Shown piece after piece: positions 36,284-44,048 of a DNA stretch of 44,048 nt. The stretch is from Armatimonadota bacterium. GTDB lineage: Bacteria > Armatimonadota > SYMT01. Numbering within the stretch: position 1 is the stretch's first letter; the number at the start of each line of letters is the position of its first letter. The notes beneath the pieces were generated by a model, which was not told the origin of the DNA, did not search any database, and saw only the letters and a program-made list of their open reading frames with translations. Position numbers and translations under genes: made by a program. The stretch covers positions 1 through 44,048 of the forward strand of contig JBKBRF010000053.1 in the NCBI GenBank assembly GCA_046292385.1, read 5' to 3'.

Positions 36284-36663
36284 CACGGCTCGTCCGGCTG
36301 TTCGTCTCGAACGTCGATCTCCGCGCGCCACGCCGGCTCCACGATCGCCAGGAACACCAGGTCCTCGTTCCCGGTGTTCTCCAGGTACTGCACCTCCCCC
36401 GCCGGAATCAACAGCGCGTCGCCCGCCCGGACTTCCCGGGTCTCCTCCTCCACGTGCATCCGCCCGCGGCCGGAGAGCAGGTAATAGACCTCACTGGCTC
36501 CCACCAGATGGTGCCGGATGGAGCGGCAGCCCGGTTTGATCACCGCGTGCGCCAGGCTGTACCCCACCGGCAGCCCGTCCGTCTCCGGGTGGAACAGCTC
36601 CCGCAGCTCCGTCAGGTCATTCGCAACGATCAACTCGCACTGCTCCAGGTTTCGGACGAACAT
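36283..36663 (-). CDS. Cupin domain protein
   Basis: YSLAHA, RHHL...SEVYYLLSGRG and GDALLIPAGEVQYLEN. Confidence 0.88.
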   Translation of the reverse strand: MFVRNLEQCELIVANDLTELRELFHPETDGLPVGYSLAHAVIKPGCRSIRHHLVGASEVYYLLSGRGRMHVEEETREVRAGDALLIPAGEVQYLENTGNEDLVFLAIVEPAWRAEIDVRDEQPDEP

Positions 36664-36739
36664 GCTCCGCTCTCCATCACAGGATCACCGGTGACCGGTT
36701 TTCCCGGCCCGGCTATTGTCTCACTTCGAGGTGGGGAGG

Positions 36740-36890
36740 CGTATTGCGTATCGAGTATTGCGTAGCGGCGTGCTTGCTGCACTTTTCAGAACGTCGTGCC
36801 GGGCGAGAAGCTGACGAGCGCTCCGCCCGGCACGACGTACTGAGGCCGAGGTAGCGGCTGTCCGCTACGCAATACGCGATACGCAATACG
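36740..36890. repeat. Composite palindromic element, copy B
   Basis: CGTATTGCGTATCGAGTATTGCGTAGCGG / CCGCTACGCAATACGCGATACGCAATACG; inner ACGTCGTGCCGGGCG...CGCCCGGCACGACGT. Confidence 0.85.
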
Positions 36891-36992
36891 GAAGACGAGA
36901 TACGAAGGTCTTCCTTCCCCGCGGGGCGAACAAGCTGCACAGCCGAAGGAGCGGCCTGTGGGAAAGCGGCCGGTCATCCAGGAGGTAGTGTC

Positions 36993-38378
36993 ATGGTTCG
37001 TCGTGCGTCGTGGTTTGCCGGAGCGCTCGCGGCCGGAGTCGTCCTCGCACCAGGGGCGGCCCGGGCGGATGTGAAGATCGAGGAGAAGGCGACGTCCCTC
37101 GGGTCGACCGTCACCCGCTGGACGATGATCCAGGGTGAGAAGCGGGCCGTGGTGAGCAAGCAGGAAACCCGCGGGGTGCTGTTCCATTCCGGGGGGCACT
37201 ATGGCGCCTACGTAGAGATCCACCGCCCGGACCGGGACCTGATCTGGGAGCTGGAGCCCCAGGAGCGCTCCTACCGGGAGTATCCGTACGAGAAGTTCGC
37301 GCAGATCCTGCAGCAGGGCGTGCAGGCGCCGCGGAGCGCGGAAGAGCAGCCGCTGCGCAGCCTCTACCGGAGCGAGACCACCGCCATCGAGGTGGTGCCG
37401 ACCGGCAAGACGCGCAAGATCGCCGGCTTCGAGGCCGAGCAGGTGATGGCGCGGGTGGTGATCGGCGCGCAGAACCTCCGCAGCGGCAGCCAGCTCCGCT
37501 TCAGCTTCGACCAGGAAGTCTGGCTCACGAAGGACGAGCGCCTGCTGAACGAGGTGCGGCCGTTCGAAGAGGCCTATGTGGAGCAGTTCGGAACGTCCCT
37601 CACCCTGCAGCAGGCCCGGGTGATGGCGGGCGAGTGGAATGACGCGTTCGTCCTGCACCTGCGGGCGGTGGGCGACCGCGTCCGCGCGCTGGGCGGCTTC
37701 GTCCTGGCCAGCTCCACGACCGTCACCGAGGAGGCCCTGGCGCAGAGCAAGGACGAGAAGAGCACGTCCCGAACGCTCGAGGTTGCCAGCTCCGAGGTCC
37801 GAAAGATCAGCTTCGACTCGCTGCCCGCACGAGAGTTCGAGCTGCCGGTCGGCTTCATCAACGCCGATACGAAGGTGGCGGTGGCGCCCCCGGCCGGGGC
37901 TCCGGTCCAGCCGGCAGCACAGCCGGCGCCGAAGCCGGTCGTCAAGCCGACTCCCCCGCCGGTCCAGGTGGCGGCGAAGCCGGAGAAGAGCCCCGCCGCG
38001 GCCGGCGCGCCGATGGGTGAGTCGAATTCCGCGCCCGCGGCGACCGGGTCCGGGCGGGAGCGCCCCGTAACGGCCGAGGCACCGGCCGCCCCCACGCCGG
38101 CGGCCGCCGATAAGCCGGCCGGGCCCGCCGTGGCCCAGGCGCCGGCCCCGGTGGTGGTCACCTCGGACGAAGCTCCGGCAGGCAGCGGAGACACCCCGAA
38201 GCGGAAGCGGCGCTTCCCCAAGGGCACCACCGGCGACGCGCAGAACCCGAATGCCGCGCCGACGGCACCGTCCGGTACGCCGGTCGTGGTGGTGGGGGTC
38301 CCCGTCACTCGCACGCCTCCGCCGCCGGTGGTGGTCGACGAAGTGGAGGCCGACCGGCGCAGCAAGAAGAAGAAGTAG
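36993..38378 (+). CDS. Secreted hypothetical protein; DUF4412-like N-terminal region and Pro/Ala-rich disordered C-terminus
   Basis: AGGAGG RBS; signal peptide ending ARA; PTGKTRKIAGFEAEQ and LPAREFELPVGF patterns; low-complexity tail ending KKKK. Confidence 0.65.
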   Translation: MVRRASWFAGALAAGVVLAPGAARADVKIEEKATSLGSTVTRWTMIQGEKRAVVSKQETRGVLFHSGGHYGAYVEIHRPDRDLIWELEPQERSYREYPYEKFAQILQQGVQAPRSAEEQPLRSLYRSETTAIEVVPTGKTRKIAGFEAEQVMARVVIGAQNLRSGSQLRFSFDQEVWLTKDERLLNEVRPFEEAYVEQFGTSLTLQQARVMAGEWNDAFVLHLRAVGDRVRALGGFVLASSTTVTEEALAQSKDEKSTSRTLEVASSEVRKISFDSLPAREFELPVGFINADTKVAVAPPAGAPVQPAAQPAPKPVVKPTPPPVQVAAKPEKSPAAAGAPMGESNSAPAATGSGRERPVTAEAPAAPTPAAADKPAGPAVAQAPAPVVVTSDEAPAGSGDTPKRKRRFPKGTTGDAQNPNAAPTAPSGTPVVVVGVPVTRTPPPPVVVDEVEADRRSKKKK

Positions 38379-38402
38379 CGCTCGGCTGCTCGTGTCTTTC
38401 CC

Positions 38403-38432
38403 GGCCCCCGCGGTGATCCGCGGGGGCCTTTT
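38403..38432 (+). terminator. Rho-independent terminator
   Basis: GGCCCCCGCGG-TGAT-CCGCGGGGGCC followed by TTTT. Confidence 0.75.
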
Positions 38433-38513
38433 CGACGCTCCTCGCCGGGGTTTGAGGGACGGGGAGCCGGGAAAAGTCTCTGCGGCGGAATGCCGCTGAA
38501 GGAGGGAAAGTGC

Positions 38514-39866
38514 ATGAGCCGTTTGATACCAATGACGATCGCGATGACGGTCGGCCTCGCGGGCAGCGCGGCCGCCGGGACGCAGAACGTCCAGAAAATG
38601 ACGGAAGGTACTCCGGTCCGGCTGGTGGGTGTGATTAGCAGCCAGCCGCGCGACATCGGAGTTACGCACGAAGAGAAGATGCAGGTGGCGATCGGTCCGA
38701 ACAAGACCGATTACACGCTCCACTTCGACGAGGCGGAGCTGATCGGCTTCCACGGCGACAAGATCAGCGGCGACGACTTCCGCGACAAGATGTGGGTCTA
38801 CGCGGAAGGCACCGTGATGGACGACGCGCGGCGTATCAAGGTCAAGCGTCTTCAGGTCGTCGGCGGTGACGAAGCGGGCTATCGGAACTCCCGTTTCTTC
38901 CGCAGCGGGTTCAACCAGGGCTACGTGGTGTCGACGGGCAGCTCGCCGGTGAAGGCGTTCGCGGAGAACACTCCGGTTACCGTGGTCGGCCGCATCTCCA
39001 GCCCGCCGAAAGGCGAGCTGAACGAGCAGAAGATGCAGGTGGCGGTCGGTCCCCAGGATACCGACTACACGCTGCACTTCAGCGATGCCACCATCCTGGG
39101 AATGAACGGCCAGACGCTCGATGAAGACGGCCTGGACGACGGCATGTGGGTCCGCGCGGAAGGGCGCGTGATGGACGATGCGCGCCGCATCAAGGTAACG
39201 CGGGTCCAGGTGATCGCCCCGGACGAGCAGAGCTTCCGGCGCACCGCGTTCTACCGGCCCGGACTCTCGCGCGGCTACGTAAGTGCGGTCGCCGGAGCGC
39301 GGGAGACCTACCCGTCTACCACCGATACCCGCTTCCAGCCTGGACAGATCACGCTGGTCGGCAAGGTCTCGGACGACACCGGCACCTTTGAGACCACCCG
39401 GAAGATCCAGGTGATGACGGCCGGCAACGAGTGGACGCTGAGCGTCCCCGAGAACGCCATGGTCGTGGACGACAAGGGCGAGAAGATCTCCGTTCACGAG
39501 ATCGATGACGGGCAGTGGGTCCGCGTCACCGGTCGCCAGACCGATGACCTCCGTCTCGAGGTCAACCGGATCGAGAATATCGGCCGGGACGAGGCGTTCC
39601 GCACGAGCCGCTTCTTCCGCACCGGCGAGCCGATGGGATACGTGGAGCGGGTAGCCGGCGAGCGCCGCGAGGGGCGACGGGTCAACCTGCGCGGAACGGT
39701 CCACGAGGTCCATCCGGACCGCGGATACTTCATCCTGCGGGACAACTCCGGACGCATGCACCGGGTCTACATGGATAACGTCAACGTGATGCGCGATGGC
39801 CGCAGCATGGGCTTTGACATGCTGCGCGAGGGCGACCGCGTCGCCGTAAGCGGCACCTCCCGATAG
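38514..39866 (+). CDS. Secreted protein with four tandem OB-fold-like (DUF5666-like) repeats
   Basis: AAGGAGG RBS and a signal peptide. Repeated units such as KMQVAIGP..TDYTLHF..MWVYAEGTVMDDARRIKV and KMQVAVGP..TDYTLHF..MWVRAEGRVMDDARRIKV. Confidence 0.72.
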   Translation: MSRLIPMTIAMTVGLAGSAAAGTQNVQKMTEGTPVRLVGVISSQPRDIGVTHEEKMQVAIGPNKTDYTLHFDEAELIGFHGDKISGDDFRDKMWVYAEGTVMDDARRIKVKRLQVVGGDEAGYRNSRFFRSGFNQGYVVSTGSSPVKAFAENTPVTVVGRISSPPKGELNEQKMQVAVGPQDTDYTLHFSDATILGMNGQTLDEDGLDDGMWVRAEGRVMDDARRIKVTRVQVIAPDEQSFRRTAFYRPGLSRGYVSAVAGARETYPSTTDTRFQPGQITLVGKVSDDTGTFETTRKIQVMTAGNEWTLSVPENAMVVDDKGEKISVHEIDDGQWVRVTGRQTDDLRLEVNRIENIGRDEAFRTSRFFRTGEPMGYVERVAGERREGRRVNLRGTVHEVHPDRGYFILRDNSGRMHRVYMDNVNVMRDGRSMGFDMLREGDRVAVSGTSR

Positions 39867-39895
39867 CACGTGGGCAGAAGCCTCACGACGGAACG

Positions 39896-39937
39896 GAAGG
39901 GGGCTGGATGGTTCATCCATCCAGCCCCCTTCTTTCT
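39896..39937. terminator. Terminator hairpin between convergent genes
   Basis: GAAGGGGGCTGGATGG-N5-CCATCCAGCCCCCTTC followed by TTTCT. Confidence 0.75.
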
Positions 39938-39968
39938 CAGGACTCGGGTGTCCGGATTCCGCGGCACC

Positions 39969-40253
39969 CTACCGCCGTCGATACGAGTAGCGGCGTCGCT
40001 GCGTCCACTTCCGGCGCTGGCGCTCCTTAGAGGCCGCCTGCCGGGAGCGGGTGTAGGAATAGAGCGCGCCTCCCCCCGCCAGGCCGGCCACGAGCGGCTT
40101 CTTCTTGACGACTCCGTAGACCGCGACGGCTCCGAGTGCCAGCGCGGTGTTCCGGCGGCCCTTGGAGCCGGCCTCGGCCGCAGGGGCGGCCACGAGGCTG
40201 AGCCCGATCGAGCTCACCAGCGCCACCGCCAGCATTCTGATCCGTTTTGTCAC
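39969..40253 (-). CDS. Small cationic exported protein (paralog 1)
   Basis: GGGAGG RBS, GTG start and signal peptide ending AEA; core GSKGRRNTALALGAVAVYGVVKKKPLVAGLAGGGALY. Confidence 0.75.
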   Translation of the reverse strand: MTKRIRMLAVALVSSIGLSLVAAPAAEAGSKGRRNTALALGAVAVYGVVKKKPLVAGLAGGGALYSYTRSRQAASKERQRRKWTQRRRYSYRRR

Positions 40254-40405
40254 GCGTGCCTCCCGTTGCTGTATCGAAAGCCCCCGGGGTGCTGCCCGGG
40301 AAGTCTGTTTGGTATCCTGCCGGTTTCGCCCATGTTTCCCACCCGGTGCGGCCGGAAAACAAACCGGGAAGGGCTCACCCTTCCCGGCAGCGGCGGCTCC
40401 TCCCG

Positions 40406-40837
40406 TTAGCGGCACTTCTTGGCCTGGCCCGGGGGCAGCCCGCCCTTCTTGGCCAGACCGGGCGGCACGTGGCCGCGGGAGTAGCCGCCGCGGCTCACGT
40501 AGACCGGCCGGCTCACGTAGACGGGACGGCTCACCACACGGCGGGTGGACACGCGGCGGTACCGCGCCTGGCGGCGGCGCTGGCGCTGGCGCTTCTCCCG
40601 CTCCAGCTCCTTCTCCCGGTCCTTGCGAGACTGCATGTAGGTGTAGAGCGCTCCGGCGCCCGCCACCCCCGCGATGACCGGCTTCTTCTTCACCACTCCG
40701 TAGACGGCGGCCGCGCCGAGCAGGAGCGCCGTGTTGCGCTTACCCTTGGAGCCGGCGAGGGCCGGAACCGGGGCCAGGACCATCGCGCCGAGGGCGGCGG
40801 TCAGGGTGAGGGCGGTCATTCGCGTCCATCGCATCAT
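40406..40837 (-). CDS. Small cationic exported protein (paralog 2) with PPGLAKK/PPGQAKK tail
   Basis: Signal peptide ending ALA; core GSKGKRNTALLLGAAAVYGVVKKKPVIAGVAGAGALY; VSRPVY repeats. Confidence 0.78.
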   Translation of the reverse strand: MMRWTRMTALTLTAALGAMVLAPVPALAGSKGKRNTALLLGAAAVYGVVKKKPVIAGVAGAGALYTYMQSRKDREKELEREKRQRQRRRQARYRRVSTRRVVSRPVYVSRPVYVSRGGYSRGHVPPGLAKKGGLPPGQAKKCR

Positions 40838-40983
40838 CGCTGCTTCGTCTCCCTGTTATTGAAACCCCGAGGGGTTAGTGCTTGTGTAACAGGCAGACCC
40901 GCACTCGCCGCAGCGGGTTCCCACCGCTTGCGCGTCTCCATCGAACGGTGGAGGTGGCCCAACTTTTGATCGACAGAAACGAG

Positions 40984-41017
40984 GACGGCCCCAGCCTCGA
41001 GAGAGGCTGGGGCCGTC
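40984..41017 (-). terminator. groEL terminator hairpin
   Basis: GACGGCCCCAGCCTC-N4-GAGGCTGGGGCCGTC. Confidence 0.65.
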
Positions 41018-41040
41018 GACTCATCGCGCGGAGCGACGAC

Positions 41041-42669
<1,629 letters not shown>

Positions 42670-42844
42670 AGCTGTCAGTTACCTCCTGCAGTTGCCGGGA
42701 TCGGAGCGTCTCGCGATCCGGCATCGCTCTCGAGCGTTGTGTAAGAAACCAGCCCGGGGACCTGCCGACGTCCCCCCGTGGGCTCTTACCTGCGCGGCGG
42801 GACAGTGGCTCCCACCCGGACGCAGGTCAAATCGTGGGAGCGGA

Positions 42845-43135
42845 TCAGTCAACCTTGACGGCGTAGATCGACTCCTGGTCCAGGATCAGAAACTCCTGGC
42901 CTTCCAGCTTCACCTCGTTGCCGCCGTACTTGGAGTAGATGACGGTGTCGCCTACCTGGACGGCCATCGGGGCTCGCTCGCCGTTCTCCAGCAGCCGGCC
43001 GGGGCCGACCGCTTCCACCACGCCCTGCTGGGGCTTCTCGCGCGCCGCATCCGGCAGCACGATGCCGCCGGCGGTGCGCTCGTTGCTGGTGACGGCCCTG
43101 ACGACTACCTTGTCGCCGAGAGGACGGATCTTCAT
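42845..43135 (-). CDS. groS: Co-chaperonin GroES
   Basis: IRPLGDKVVV, TAGGIVLPD, VGPG and KYGGNEV. Confidence 0.98.
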   Translation of the reverse strand: MKIRPLGDKVVVRAVTSNERTAGGIVLPDAAREKPQQGVVEAVGPGRLLENGERAPMAVQVGDTVIYSKYGGNEVKLEGQEFLILDQESIYAVKVD

Positions 43136-43300
43136 CGGGACTCTGCCTCCTGTCTAACCGAGACTTGAAACCGGACCCGCCGCAGTCCGCGACCCGACGG
43201 CCCTTCCCAAGAGAGCAGGGGGCGGGTGAGCGGCCGGAGCGGGAGTCCGAACGGAAGCGGCCTCCTACGAGCGCTCGCTCCGGGAAACCTGTCCGGCGGA

Positions 43301-43327
43301 TTAGCACTCTCGCACAGGGAGTGCTAA
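43301..43327. promoter_or_regulatory. CIRCE operator (HrcA binding site)
   Basis: Perfect TTAGCACTC-N9-GAGTGCTAA upstream of groES. Confidence 0.97.
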
Positions 43328-43336
43328 CGCCAGCTA

Positions 43337-43366
43337 TTTATAGCGCAGCGCCTGAGAGGGTGTCAA
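43337..43366 (-). promoter_or_regulatory. Sigma70/SigA promoter of groESL
   Basis: Minus strand TTGACA-N18-TATAAA immediately upstream of CIRCE. Confidence 0.8.
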
Positions 43367-43481
43367 CCACGCGGAGCGCGGCATTCGAAGGGGTCGAGTG
43401 ACAGGTGGGCAGGCGGTCGGTACGGTCCCCTCGCGGGAGCGGGGACTGTCTGCGGGAGGCCGCAGCGGGGGGCGGGGGAGG

Positions 43482-43582
43482 CGTATTCCGTATCGCGTAT
43501 TCCGTAGCGAGTGGCTGCCACCGCTCGCCAGGACGTCGTGCCGGGCGAACAGCTGTGTTCGGCGCCACCGTCCGGGACGATG
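43482..43582. repeat. Composite palindromic element, copy C (partial)
   Basis: CGTATTCCGTATCGCGTATTCCGTAGCG, then ACGTCGTGCCGGGCGA; the right side is degenerate. Confidence 0.7.
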
Positions 43583-43624
43583 CACTCGTGATAACAGCTC
43601 CGGAGGGCGCCGGGCGATCGGTTC

Positions 43625-43707
43625 GCACTCCGGCGCGGCCTAACCCCCTCGCCTGACATCCATAGCTCCCCTCTCCTCGCAGGAGAGGGGCCGGGGATGA
43701 GGCCGCG
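43625..43707. repeat. REP-like nested palindrome (same family as 124-160)
   Basis: Outer arms CGCGGCCTAACCCC / GGGGATGAGGCCGCG; inner CCCCTCTCCT-CGC-AGGAGAGGGG. Confidence 0.7.
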
Positions 43708-43730
43708 TAAGGAGCGCTCGGCGTTCCGAT

Positions 43731-43929
43731 CTACGGCAGGACGCCGATCTCCCGTAGACACTGCAGCACCCCGGGGCGCGGGGCCTGCCAGAGCCACTCC
43801 GGCTTGAGCCAGAATCCCTGGATCACCCGGGAGGTGAGGCGCCCATCGACTTCCTCGACCGCTGCATAGCGCCCGTCCTCTCCCAGTGAGTAGAGACGGA
43901 CCCGCTCGTGGCTGGGATCGACGACCCAG
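43731..43929 (-). pseudogene. 3' fragment of a Uma2-family gene, interrupted by an insertion
   Basis: WVVDPSHERVRLYSL...LTSRVIQGFWLKPEWLW is a Uma2 C-terminus. Similarity stops where the expected Tyr of EYW would be (43929). Confidence 0.78.
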
Positions 43930-44048
43930 CCCAAGTTCCGCAGTTTGTAAGAAAGATTCAGCCTCGCGGTGGCTGCGAAGCATCAAGCGAGGCTGAATCT
44001 TTCCACTACACTTCGTACATCGGCATGGTTTCTGGCAGGTGCAAGCCC
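43930..44048. mobile_element. Probable end of an IS (IS1634-like), truncated by the window edge
   Basis: Abrupt junction and a GC drop. The terminus CCCAAGTTCCGCAG resembles IS1634-type ends as I recall them. Hairpin GAAAGATTCAGCCTCGC/GCGAGGCTGAATCTTTC; YIGMVSGRCK loosely resembles HLGxVAGxC. Confidence 0.5.

Noticed and set aside
36786..39920. 1044-aa minus-strand ORF and other long antisense ORFs (17830-20190, 11360-13555, 40882-42744, 22473-24473)
   Set aside because: Shadow frames opposite well-supported genes in high-GC DNA, with no recognisable motifs.
43351..43363. 13-nt match (ACACCCTCTCAGG, minus strand) between the groES promoter and the IS end at 113-125
   Set aside because: Short, embedded in a normal promoter and without other IS sequence; probably chance.

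Overview
High-GC bacterial chromosomal segment. Gene content suggests a Terrabacteria-type organism, possibly Armatimonadota (inference only). It is bounded by insertion-sequence ends at both edges: an IS5/IS1031-like right end at 1-120 and a probable IS1634-like end from 43930, which cuts a Uma2 gene. Core content includes yceD-rpmF-plsX-fabH-fabG-acpP-fabF (no fabD) plus a class I aminotransferase, leuS, rqcH, rpiB, and groES-groEL under a perfect CIRCE. It also carries a GAF-GAF kinase/ANTAR regulator pair with a Crp-family regulator, sugar-catabolic genes, an MNT-HEPN pair and four uncharacterised secreted proteins. The most notable observations are six. (1) A 1058-aa FHA-RodA-class B PBP triple fusion is coupled to fhaA, and both FHA domains lack canonical pThr-binding residues. 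(2) A presenilin/SPP-like membrane protein lies divergent from the ANTAR system. (3) dacB and an Ala-Glu epimerase start head-to-head in one CATG. (4) A candidate ~75-nt sRNA lies between moaD/thiS and a cupin gene. (5) Several dispersed palindromic repeat families are present; one appears to be the IS5 target and another sits within a shattered DUF1016 gene. (6) Two tandem cationic secreted paralogs share a leader motif. All calls come from motif recognition by eye; no searches were run.
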